Source: Candidatus Saccharimonadota bacterium (lineage in GTDB: Bacteria; Patescibacteriota; Saccharimonadia; Saccharimonadales; Saccharimonadaceae). Taken from it: a DNA stretch of 64,000 nucleotides. The stretch spans positions 8,678 to 72,677 of the forward strand of contig JAFWMO010000010.1 of NCBI GenBank assembly GCA_017510705.1, in the 5' to 3' direction. The notes below the pieces were generated by a model. The model worked only from the letters and a program-made list of their open reading frames with translations, had not been told where the DNA came from and made no database searches. The stretch's first letter is position 1. Every line of letters starts with the position of its first letter. The translations under genes and the position numbers were made by a program. Positions 27,729 through 36,424 of this stretch are shown here, one piece after another.

Positions 27729-30610
27729 TTTTCTAACGAGATTGTGATGTTTTCGCCGTTTACTTTGGCGATTTCATCATAGGCATAATTGCCGTCTAGC
27801 TCTATATTGTCTGTGAGCACTTCGGCTTTGATAAAGTCTAGGTGCTCTGAAGGGGCTTCTACTGATAACGAGAGGCGGATTTTGTCGCCTGGGGCAAGGC
27901 CGGCCTTTTTGCGGGCGGATTGGATGGCGCGGACAAGCTCGCGGGCATACCCTTCCCTCTTTAAGTCTTCGGTGAGAGTTTTGTCTAATTTTAATTCTTT
28001 GCCGTTTGCTACTGATTTGACGTTTACTTCTTCGGCAATGATTTGCTCATAAAAATCATTTAGCTTTTCACCTGGATAAACGAGATTACTAAGTGGCTGG
28101 CGAATCTTGATCTGGTCTTCGGTGTCGGACCTCTGCATACGGAGCGCAAGAGCATCCGTAATGATATTCCTGGTGCGGGCCATCTCTTCGAGAATCTTCT
28201 CATCTATGTTGCCAGCCTCTGGCCAGTCTAGAAGGTGGACAGATTCTTCTTTGCCAGTCATTTTCTGATATAATTCTTCGGCTAAAAATGGTGTAAATGG
28301 CGCTAGGAGCTTGGCTAGATATATTGATATATAATATAGCGTGCTAAAGGCGGCCTTTTTGTCCTCTTTATTTTCGTTTTTACTGAAGCGGCGACGAGAA
28401 CGACGAACAAACCAGTTGCTCATGTCGTCAATGAACGGCAAAACGGTTTCGAGGGCTTTTGGAAGGTTGTATTCTTCCATACCTGCGGTAATATCGTTTC
28501 TTAATTGATATACACGAGACAGAATCCAGATGTCTAGAGGATTTTTCAAAAATGAAACATTTTCTGAAAAATCTTCGGTATTTAGATTTTCTACCTCAGC
28601 GTAGGTGGTGAAGAAGTCGTAGACGTTCCAGATCATGGAAAGTTTGCGGGAGATGTCCGAGACATCCTTATCTAGCATGGCGAAATCTTCGCCAGACATG
28701 ACTGGACTCATAAGTAGCAAAAATCTGTAGGCGTCGGCAGAGTATTGGTCCATTAGGATGTTTGGATCGGTGTAGTTGCCAAGGGATTTGCTCATTTTGC
28801 GGCCATCATTACCGGCAAGAGTACCAGTAGTAATCACGTTTTTGTAGGCATTTTTTGCGCCTTTCTTGGCCTTTTCGCCAAAAGCACCAATGGAGGCAAG
28901 GGCCGTATTTACAGCGTGAACATAATAGAACCACGCACGGACTTGACCGACGTATTCTACAATGAAATCGGCTGGGTAGTTTTTTTCAAACTTCTCTTTA
29001 TTCTCAAACGGATAGTGAAGCTGTGCGAATGGCATAGAGCCAGATTCAAACCAACAGTCTAAGACTTTTTCGATACGAGTGAAATGCTCGCCATCAATAT
29101 CGAATTCAATCTCGTCCACCCATGGGCGGTGGTAATCTTCTAGTTTTTTGCCGGATAGTTCGTATAATTCTTCGTAAGAACCAATGACTTTGATTGAGCC
29201 TTTGTCTCCCTTCCAAACAGGCATAGCAGTAGCCCAGAAACGATCACGAGAAAGGTTCCAATCTGGAGCAGCTTCGATATTTTTGGCGAAGCGGCCGTGT
29301 TTTAGATATTCTGGGAACCAGTTGATATTCTCATTTTCCTCAAGCATCATCTGTTTTTGGCCGTCTATATCAAAGAACCAAGATGGAAAAGCGCGGTACA
29401 TAATACGCTCTTTGGAACGTGGGTTAAATGGGTATTCGTGTTGGATATATTCAATCCTGAAGACGATGCCCTTCTCTTCTAGACATTTGGCGATAAACTT
29501 GTTGGCGGCCCAAATTTGAATACCATTTTCATCAGTGTCGCGGACACCGAGAGCGTGAAGTTTGTCGGCGTATTCTGGCAAGTAATAACCATTCTCATCT
29601 AGAGTATCAATGAAGCCAATTTCGGATTCGTGCTCGCGGTAGAGCCCATAATCATCTTCGCCATAAGCTGGGGCGATATGAACGATACCAGTGCCGTCTT
29701 CTTCACCGACGAAATCTGCGGTAAAGACTTTGCATTTGGTCCCGTCCAATGATTCGTATTCTAAACCAGCAAGCTCAGAGCCTTTGACTACTTTTTCTGG
29801 TTTCTCTGAACCAAAGATTTGTTCGGCGCGTTTTACTGCTACGACCAACCTTTCACCGTCTATATTATATACACCGTAATCTAAGTCTTTTGATACAGCA
29901 AGAGCGCGGTTGGCCATTAGAGTCCAAGGTGTAGTAGTCCAAGCTAAGAGATAAAAATCCGGGGTTTTGAATTTTACATAGGCGGATGGGTCGGTAACCA
30001 TCTGGTAGGCGTCGTTATCCATGGTGACTTCGGCTTTGGAAACAGGTGTCGCAAACTTGGTGTCATACATAAGAACCTTGCGGCCTTCGTAAATTTTTCC
30101 AGCTTCGTATAATTTTTTGAACGCCCACCAAACAGATTCCATAAAATCTTTGTTCATAGTGCGATAGCAATTGTCAAAATCCACCCAGCGACCAACACGA
30201 TCAATAGTACCGCGCCATGCTTCCGAATTAGCAACCATGGATTCGCGAGCCTTAATTATATAGTCTTCAAGAGACCACTTGGTGCCAATCTCACGGCGAT
30301 CGGTAATACCAAGCTGTTTTTCAACAAAATTCTCTGCTGGAAGGCCGTGGCAATCCCAACCCCAACGGCGTTCTACGCGGTAGCCATTCATAGTCCAAAA
30401 ACGCGGGACAGCATCTTTTACCACAGAGCTAAGAAGCGTGCCATGGTGTGGAAGGCCGGTGATAAATGGTGGGCCATCATAAAAAACATAGGATTTGTCT
30501 ATCGGGCGATTTTCAACCGATTTTTCAAAAGTTTTGTTTTTCTTCCACCACTCAATGAGCGATTTTTCGTATTCTATGGCCTTGCGGCGCTCTCCGGCTC
30601 TATATTTCAT
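27722..30610 (-). CDS. ileS: isoleucyl-tRNA synthetase, type 2 (eukaryote-like)
   Basis: YDGPPFITGLPHHGTLL HIGH region, KMSKS and 962 aa. TGGTATAAT lies 7 nt upstream of the ATG. Confidence 0.9.
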   Translation of the reverse strand: MKYRAGERRKAIEYEKSLIEWWKKNKTFEKSVENRPIDKSYVFYDGPPFITGLPHHGTLLSSVVKDAVPRFWTMNGYRVERRWGWDCHGLPAENFVEKQLGITDRREIGTKWSLEDYIIKARESMVANSEAWRGTIDRVGRWVDFDNCYRTMNKDFMESVWWAFKKLYEAGKIYEGRKVLMYDTKFATPVSKAEVTMDNDAYQMVTDPSAYVKFKTPDFYLLAWTTTPWTLMANRALAVSKDLDYGVYNIDGERLVVAVKRAEQIFGSEKPEKVVKGSELAGLEYESLDGTKCKVFTADFVGEEDGTGIVHIAPAYGEDDYGLYREHESEIGFIDTLDENGYYLPEYADKLHALGVRDTDENGIQIWAANKFIAKCLEEKGIVFRIEYIQHEYPFNPRSKERIMYRAFPSWFFDIDGQKQMMLEENENINWFPEYLKHGRFAKNIEAAPDWNLSRDRFWATAMPVWKGDKGSIKVIGSYEELYELSGKKLEDYHRPWVDEIEFDIDGEHFTRIEKVLDCWFESGSMPFAQLHYPFENKEKFEKNYPADFIVEYVGQVRAWFYYVHAVNTALASIGAFGEKAKKGAKNAYKNVITTGTLAGNDGRKMSKSLGNYTDPNILMDQYSADAYRFLLLMSPVMSGEDFAMLDKDVSDISRKLSMIWNVYDFFTTYAEVENLNTEDFSENVSFLKNPLDIWILSRVYQLRNDITAGMEEYNLPKALETVLPFIDDMSNWFVRRSRRRFSKNENKEDKKAAFSTLYYISIYLAKLLAPFTPFLAEELYQKMTGKEESVHLLDWPEAGNIDEKILEEMARTRNIITDALALRMQRSDTEDQIKIRQPLSNLVYPGEKLNDFYEQIIAEEVNVKSVANGKELKLDKTLTEDLKREGYARELVRAIQSARKKAGLAPGDKIRLSLSVEAPSEHLDFIKAEVLTDNIELDGNYAYDEIAKVNGENITISLEKV

Positions 30611-30645
30611 AGAGTATATTATACCATATATTGGAGTAATAGAGG

Positions 30646-31326
30646 TTAGGCTTTTGTATGAACGTCTAATTGTGTATATGGGATGGAAATTTTGTAGTCT
30701 TCTAGAGTGGTGAGAATAACGCGAAGCGAATCGCGACGAGCCTGGAGCTTGTCCATTGGGTCACAAGTAACAACAACCTGATAATTGATGGAGGAATTAG
30801 TGAGATCTGTAACGCCTTGGTAAGCAGCAGATGTAAGCAAGGCTTGTTTTGAAAGGCCTTTGACGATTTCTTTCATGATTTCTTCGGCTTTTTCTACTTT
30901 AATGCTGTGTGGCAACGGGATTGGGATATAAATATATCCGGAGACAATCTCTACTTGATCTATATTACGATTAGCAATAGAAACGATATTCATAGTATTC
31001 ATGTCCTGCATCTTGGTAGTACGGAGATTGATGGAAGTAACTTGTCCCATGTTGTCACCATATTTGATGACATCACCGATATCGTAATAGTCGTCTGCTA
31101 CGATTTCTAGGCCACGAAAGATATCTTTAAGGGCGTCTTGGAGGGCAAAGCCAATAATAATGCTGGCGATACCAACGCCGGCCAACATAGAGCTAACATT
31201 GACTCCAAGAAGCTGGAGCACGGTAAGAACAACAATTATAAGAATAGCGGCGCAAACGAAACTTTTTAGCATTCTGAGGTAAGTTTTGCGTTTTTTGGTG
31301 GAAAATACTTTTGCGGTTTTGCTCAT
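30646..31326 (-). CDS. small-conductance mechanosensitive channel family protein (MscS-like)
   Basis: Two to three N-terminal TM helices followed by a beta domain (GDVIKYGDNMGQVTSINLRTTKM). Confidence 0.7.
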   Translation of the reverse strand: MSKTAKVFSTKKRKTYLRMLKSFVCAAILIIVVLTVLQLLGVNVSSMLAGVGIASIIIGFALQDALKDIFRGLEIVADDYYDIGDVIKYGDNMGQVTSINLRTTKMQDMNTMNIVSIANRNIDQVEIVSGYIYIPIPLPHSIKVEKAEEIMKEIVKGLSKQALLTSAAYQGVTDLTNSSINYQVVVTCDPMDKLQARRDSLRVILTTLEDYKISIPYTQLDVHTKA

Positions 31327-31333
31327 GGTTAAA

Positions 31334-31588
31334 TTATATCACATAATACAAAACTTCGTTGATGAGTGGAAGGCTCCGACCTTTCCAGACATTGTGAACT
31401 TCACCATTATTACCAATAGCAATAATGGTGGGATATTCTACAATATCGTATGTTTCACAAAAGCTTGGATTTTTATCTGGATCCATGGTCTCTATTTCCC
31501 TGCCGGTTTGACGACGAAAATTTTCAAGCCACTCCGTGACAGAACGTGTATAATCTTGGTTGTCTTTGTAAATACAAATTACTCTCAC
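31334..31588 (-). CDS. thioredoxin-fold-like small protein without CxxC
   Basis: 84 aa. The segment YDIVEYPTIIAIGNNGEV resembles a thioredoxin fold. There is no redox cysteine pair. Confidence 0.4.
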   Translation of the reverse strand: MRVICIYKDNQDYTRSVTEWLENFRRQTGREIETMDPDKNPSFCETYDIVEYPTIIAIGNNGEVHNVWKGRSLPLINEVLYYVI

Positions 31589-32046
31589 GCGAGATTCTTT
31601 CTGGACTTTTGTTCTTTCAAAATATCTTCAAAATCTTCTAAGGTCTTGAACTCACGAAAAACGCTGGCAAAGCGAATATAAGCAACGTCGTTTACTTCGG
31701 AAAGAACACTAAGCACCGCATCACCAATCTGCTGAGATGTAATTTGGTCTTTGCCATTGGCATAAAGAATTTCGGTGGCACGATTTACCACATCCTCCAC
31801 TTCTAGCTCTGAGTTAAAGAATTTGCCGACACTACGACGTACGGCTAGCGCAAGTTTGTCGCGGTCAAACATTTCTTTGTTGCCGCTACGTTTGGTAACT
31901 GTGATGGTTGGAATTTCTACGCGCTCATAAGTAGTGAAGCGATGGCCATCAGTGCCTTCACGGCGGCGACGAATCGTGGTGCCGTCTAGACTTTCGCGGC
32001 TTTCTAGAACCTTGCTATCTCCTATCCTAAAATTTAGTCCTGCCAT
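31585..32046 (-). CDS. nrdR: NrdR-like transcriptional repressor (ATP-cone intact, zinc ribbon lacking all four cysteines)
   Basis: DSKVLESR..IRRRREGTDGHRFTTYERVE, and the ATP-cone motif VAYIRFASVFREF. AGGAGG SD lies 5 nt before ATG 32046. Confidence 0.8.
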   Translation of the reverse strand: MAGLNFRIGDSKVLESRESLDGTTIRRRREGTDGHRFTTYERVEIPTITVTKRSGNKEMFDRDKLALAVRRSVGKFFNSELEVEDVVNRATEILYANGKDQITSQQIGDAVLSVLSEVNDVAYIRFASVFREFKTLEDFEDILKEQKSRKNLA

Positions 32047-32062
32047 CCGCACCTCCTACTTA

Positions 32063-33223
32063 TTAATCCTTTTTCTTTTTGCGGAAACGTTCACGAAGTG
32101 AAGGCGGCACGTCCATTTCGTCGTCGTCGGCGATAGGCTCTGGCTCCCTCTCTGGCTCGTTTTTGATAGAATCCCACATGTTGGATTTATTTTCTAGGGC
32201 AAATTCTTTGACCTCGGTGGCTGGCTTTTCGTCTGACAAATTAGTCTCTGGAGTAGAAACCGGCTCATCATTGAAATAGTTTGCATCAAATCCAGTAGCC
32301 ACTACGGTAACTACGATTTCGTCTTCTAGCTCTGGGCGAATTGACGCGCCAAAGATAATGTTGGCATCCGGAGAAACTGCGCCAGTGATAACTTCGGCGG
32401 CTTCTTGGATCTCGCTCATGGACATATCGTAACCACCAGCCACGCTAAAGAGAACGCCACGAGCCCCTTCGATTTTGACTTCAATAAGTGGGGATTCAAC
32501 AGCTTGCTGAGCAGCAATAACGGCGCGGTTTTCGCCAGAAGCACGACCAATGCCCATAAGAGCAGAGCCGGCATTTTTCATGATGGCTTTGACGTCGGCA
32601 AAGTCTAGGTTGATAAGTGAGTGCTCGGTAATAAGCTCGGAAATGCCCTGAACGCCTTGGCGGAGAACGTCGTCAGCGATCTTGAAAGTCTCAAGAAGTG
32701 GAGTGCGAGGATCAATAGTCTGGAGAAGACGATCATTCGGAATGGTGATAAGCGCATCCACTTGACGAGCAAGTTTGTCGATAGCAAGTTCGGCATTTGC
32801 ACGACGCTTGGCGCCTTCAAACGTGAATGGCTTTGTGGCAACACCAACCGTGAGAATATCCTTTTTGCGGGCTTCTTCTGCAACGATAGGGCCAGCACCG
32901 GAGCCAGTGCCGCCACCAGCACCCAAAGTGATAAATACCATATCTGCACCGTCTAAAGCCTTTTCAATAGCTTCGCGACCTTCCTCGGCAGCTTCGCGAC
33001 CTTTTTCTGGATCACCGCCAGCACCTAAACCTTTGCCAATATGGACTTTGGTATCGGCACTAGAGTGGTGAAGCGCCTGAGCATCAGTATTGATGGCGAC
33101 AAATTCTACACCTGTAAGGCCTACTTCTTTCATTCTTTCTACGGCGGAACCTCCAGCACCACCTACGCCCACTACCTTAATGCTTGCTGTACTTTCCACC
33201 TCTGTCGGTTTAACTTCTGGCAT
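32063..33223 (-). CDS. ftsZ: cell division GTPase FtsZ
   Basis: IKVVGVGGAGGSAV and GLGAGGDPEKG tubulin signature. The start is likely ATG 33223 (GAGGAA SD), with ATG 33259 as the alternative. Confidence 0.9.
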   Translation of the reverse strand: MPEVKPTEVESTASIKVVGVGGAGGSAVERMKEVGLTGVEFVAINTDAQALHHSSADTKVHIGKGLGAGGDPEKGREAAEEGREAIEKALDGADMVFITLGAGGGTGSGAGPIVAEEARKKDILTVGVATKPFTFEGAKRRANAELAIDKLARQVDALITIPNDRLLQTIDPRTPLLETFKIADDVLRQGVQGISELITEHSLINLDFADVKAIMKNAGSALMGIGRASGENRAVIAAQQAVESPLIEVKIEGARGVLFSVAGGYDMSMSEIQEAAEVITGAVSPDANIIFGASIRPELEDEIVVTVVATGFDANYFNDEPVSTPETNLSDEKPATEVKEFALENKSNMWDSIKNEPEREPEPIADDDEMDVPPSLRERFRKKKKD

Positions 33224-33264
33224 TTTATTTCCTCGCTTTAATATAATACCAGTATACACCTAAA

Positions 33265-34506
33265 TTAGAATTTTGAGAATAGTTTCTTAAAGATATTACC
33301 GCTTGGCTTTTTGATTTTTGGAAGTTTTTTGGACTTCTTGTTTGTAGGGGCCTCTCCGGAGTGGCCATCTTCGGCGGCTAGCATAGCAAGCCCAACGGAC
33401 GTGGCGAATTCTGGCTTGGATACAGCATCAGCAACACCATCCAATCCTAGAGGTACACCAATTTTTACAGATGCTTCAAGCGCGTTTTTGGCAAATAGAT
33501 CAATGTCGCGCATTTTGGCGCCACCGCCTGTGAGAATAATTCCCTCTGGAAGGCGTTGATCATACTTAGCAATTTTGAGTTTTTTACGAATCTCACCAAA
33601 AATTTCTTCAAGACGAGCTTTTACGACTTCTTCTACTTCTTTGCGTTCAAAATTGCGCTCTTTGCCATTCTCTTTGCCAATTTTGATGATTTGAGATTTT
33701 TCGGTATTGAAATTACCAGTGACAAAGCGCTGTTTGATTTCTTCGGCCATGTCTGGGTCAATAGCAAGGACAATAGCCAAATCGTTGGTAATGTTGTTGG
33801 AGCCGGCAGGAACCACACCAACATACTGAAGATCACCTTCTTCGTAGACGGCGACTGACGTAGTAGTGGCGCCGAAGTCTATGACGGCGACACCGTTTTC
33901 TTTTTGACGCTCAGTAAGAACGGCTTTTGCAGCGGCAACTACGCTTGGGATTAATCTCTCAGCTTTGACGTCGGCAGCAGCGGTGGATTTTCTCAGGTTT
34001 TCACAGTTTGGCGTAAGAGCAGAAATAACATTGGCGCGCATTTCTAGCCTGGCACCGGCCATACCGAGTGGGTCCTTGATACCACCTTGGCCATCCAGGG
34101 CATATTCTAGGGGAACAACTTCTAGCACATCACGGTTTGCTGGGATACGACCAGAAACAGCCACATCTTCTACGCGATCTAAATCTTCGTCACTAATTTC
34201 GTGCTCTACGGTGCCGACAGCAATCATGCCTTCGGTTTTGGTGGAAAGAATTTGAGAACCGTTGATGGAAACATAGGCGGAACGGACGTCGTAGCCGCCC
34301 ATACGTTCGGCATCACCAAGCATTCTGTCAATAGCACCAGCAGGGCCAGCAAGATTGGCAGGCACGCCCTTTCGCATGCCGGCGGATTTGCCTTCGCTGT
34401 AACCAACTATGGCAAGCTGCCCATCTTTCCCTACGGAAGCAATTACGGCACGAACATTTTCGGTGCCAACATCAAGACCTGTAACAAAGCGCTTTTCGTT
34501 ATCCAT
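33265..34506 (-). CDS. ftsA: cell division protein FtsA
   Basis: Actin-fold motifs (GLDVGTENVRAVI, VIDFGATTTSVAVY). TGTTATAAT lies 6 nt upstream of the ATG. Confidence 0.9.
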   Translation of the reverse strand: MDNEKRFVTGLDVGTENVRAVIASVGKDGQLAIVGYSEGKSAGMRKGVPANLAGPAGAIDRMLGDAERMGGYDVRSAYVSINGSQILSTKTEGMIAVGTVEHEISDEDLDRVEDVAVSGRIPANRDVLEVVPLEYALDGQGGIKDPLGMAGARLEMRANVISALTPNCENLRKSTAAADVKAERLIPSVVAAAKAVLTERQKENGVAVIDFGATTTSVAVYEEGDLQYVGVVPAGSNNITNDLAIVLAIDPDMAEEIKQRFVTGNFNTEKSQIIKIGKENGKERNFERKEVEEVVKARLEEIFGEIRKKLKIAKYDQRLPEGIILTGGGAKMRDIDLFAKNALEASVKIGVPLGLDGVADAVSKPEFATSVGLAMLAAEDGHSGEAPTNKKSKKLPKIKKPSGNIFKKLFSKF

Positions 34507-34524
34507 AAGCTCATTATAACACAG

Positions 34525-35301
34525 TTAATCTGGTAAAGTCAAAACTTCATAGCCGTCTTTGGTAACGAGAACTGTGTGCTCACAGTGACAGCCAATAGAA
34601 CCGTCTTTCATTTTTACGGACCAGTTATCGTCTTTGTCTACATAATTGGCTGGTTTGCCAAGGCAAGACATTGGTTCAATACAAATAGTATCGCCTTCTA
34701 CGAGTTTATAGCCGTGGCCTTTTTTGCCATAATTTGGGACTTCTGGGGCTTCGTGCATGGTTTTACCGATGCCATGGCCAATATAGTTTTCTATTACGCC
34801 AAGGTGACCTTTTCTCAAGACCGTCTCTACGGCATGACCAATATCACCAATATGGGCGCCTGGTTTTACCTGTTCAATTCCCTCCCACAAGGAAGATTCG
34901 GTAACTTGGATCATCTTTTTTACTGCTGGAGAGCCTTCGCCACCTACTAGCATGGTAAAAGCGGAGTCTGTATGGTAGCCTTTATAATAGATGACAAGGT
35001 CAAAAGAAACTTTGTCGCCTTCTTCGAGTGGCTCATCTTTCGGTGCGCCATGGACAAGTTCATCATTTACTGAGATGCAAATAGCTCCTGGAAAATCTTC
35101 GTCCAACATATCGTAAGAGACTTTGGCGCCACGCTTCACAATCTCTTTGCGGACCCAAGCATCTATTTCCTTACCGGTCATGCCTGGTTTTACGTAGCTT
35201 TTGAGATCGCGGAGGAGGTTGCCCATGATTTTGCCGCCTTCACGCATAGCGGCGATTTTTTCGTCTACCTCGGCGCGAGTGTTATTCTCAATATTGATCA
35301 T
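34525..35301 (-). CDS. map: methionine aminopeptidase type I
   Basis: Motifs SYDMLDEDFPGAICISVNDELVHG, YKGYHTDSAF, HGIGKTMHE and CHCEHTVLV. The best-fitting start is ATG 35301 (MINIENN..), with 35337 as the alternative. Confidence 0.85.
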   Translation of the reverse strand: MINIENNTRAEVDEKIAAMREGGKIMGNLLRDLKSYVKPGMTGKEIDAWVRKEIVKRGAKVSYDMLDEDFPGAICISVNDELVHGAPKDEPLEEGDKVSFDLVIYYKGYHTDSAFTMLVGGEGSPAVKKMIQVTESSLWEGIEQVKPGAHIGDIGHAVETVLRKGHLGVIENYIGHGIGKTMHEAPEVPNYGKKGHGYKLVEGDTICIEPMSCLGKPANYVDKDDNWSVKMKDGSIGCHCEHTVLVTKDGYEVLTLPD

Positions 35302-35302
35302 T

Positions 35303-35896
35303 TTATTCGCCATAACTTTTTTCAATTTCTCCACCATTTACATCATTTTCTTGGACCGTGGCATTTGGGTTCATGGTTTTGATCACATTTATTAGACGGT
35401 CCGTAACGACGTTGATTGGTCCCGTGCCATCAACGCGTTCGTATGGTATATTTTTGGCTTCCAACAGAGGCAAAATTGAATAAATATTTTGTTCAAAGAC
35501 TTCAAAGCGACGGTCTATAGCTTCTTTGTCTTTGTCGTCATCACGGCCACGAAGGGCGAGGCGCTCGTATAATTCTTCTTTTGGAACCTCTAAAATCACA
35601 GCACCGTCGATCTTTTCCGCCATGTTTTCCATCATCCAGCGAGCCTGGTATTCATCACGCGGATAACCATCCAATATCACATCATAGCCTTCGGCTTCGG
35701 CTTTTTCAATTTGTTTATTCATGAGACGAATTACGTCGTCATCTGGAATAAGCTTGCCTGCATTTACTGTTTCTGTATATTCACCAGTGTCACGGATAAC
35801 TTGACCTACAGAAAAAGTACGCCAACCGAAAAGTTCGGCAAGAGCTTTTCCCTGCGTGCCTTTACCTGAGCCTGCTAAACCAAATAGAATTATCAT
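35303..35896 (-). CDS. adk: adenylate kinase (short lid, no zinc site)
   Basis: GLAGSGKGTQGKALAE P-loop and ILDGYPRD. SD and TGCTATAAT lie upstream. Confidence 0.85.
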   Translation of the reverse strand: MIILFGLAGSGKGTQGKALAELFGWRTFSVGQVIRDTGEYTETVNAGKLIPDDDVIRLMNKQIEKAEAEGYDVILDGYPRDEYQARWMMENMAEKIDGAVILEVPKEELYERLALRGRDDDKDKEAIDRRFEVFEQNIYSILPLLEAKNIPYERVDGTGPINVVTDRLINVIKTMNPNATVQENDVNGGEIEKSYGE

Positions 35897-35960
35897 TTAT
35901 CTTCTCCTTCTATATATATTATAGCACTCTGCAACAAAAATATCCCCCTAGGGGGATATT

Positions 35961-36179
35961 TTATTTAAGTCCTAGCTTGATACGCTCGGTCTTTTCGGCC
36001 TTGCGTGCTTCACGGATGATTGCCTTTAAGCGACGTTCGCGCTTTGAAATTGGTTTAGAAAAGCGCATCTGAGACTTCTTTAGAGGCATAATTCCACTCT
36101 GGAGGACTTTGCGGTTGAAACGACGAATAATGTTTTCGTTTGCTTCTCCCTGGTCTTTTCTTGTAACTTTAATAGCCAT
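35961..36179 (-). CDS. rpsU: ribosomal protein S21
   Basis: MAIKVTRKDQGEANENIIRRFNRKV...KRERR is the S21 pattern. The start is at the internal ATG 36179. Confidence 0.8.
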   Translation of the reverse strand: MAIKVTRKDQGEANENIIRRFNRKVLQSGIMPLKKSQMRFSKPISKRERRLKAIIREARKAEKTERIKLGLK

Positions 36180-36304
36180 ATTGGTGAGTATTATACCACA
36201 GATGAGAAAAGAAAGCAACAAAAAAATGCCGAAGGCATTTATTTATGACGGATCCGTTTGCGATGCTCCGGAGACGACAAAAAAAGCGCCGCTAGGCGTT
36301 TTTG

Positions 36305-36381
36305 TGGCGGATCCGACGAGACTCGAACTCGCGACCTCTGCCGTGACAGGGCAGCGCTCTAACCAACTGAGCTACGAATCC
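36305..36381 (-). tRNA. tRNA-Asp (anticodon GTC), CCA encoded
   Basis: GGATTCG/CGGATCC acceptor, GCTCAGTTGGTTAGAGC D arm, anticodon loop CTGTCAC, GAGTTCGAGTCTC T arm. Confidence 0.9.
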
Positions 36382-36424
36382 AGCACATATATATTATATA
36401 TCATTATGATACTAAAATCAAGGG

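Noticed and set aside
36246-36256. Possible third tRNA 3'-end duplicate (TGACGGATCCG versus TGGCGGATCCG of tRNA-Asp)
   Set aside because: It is only about 10 nt with a mismatch and is built around the GGATCC palindrome. That is too short to distinguish from chance.
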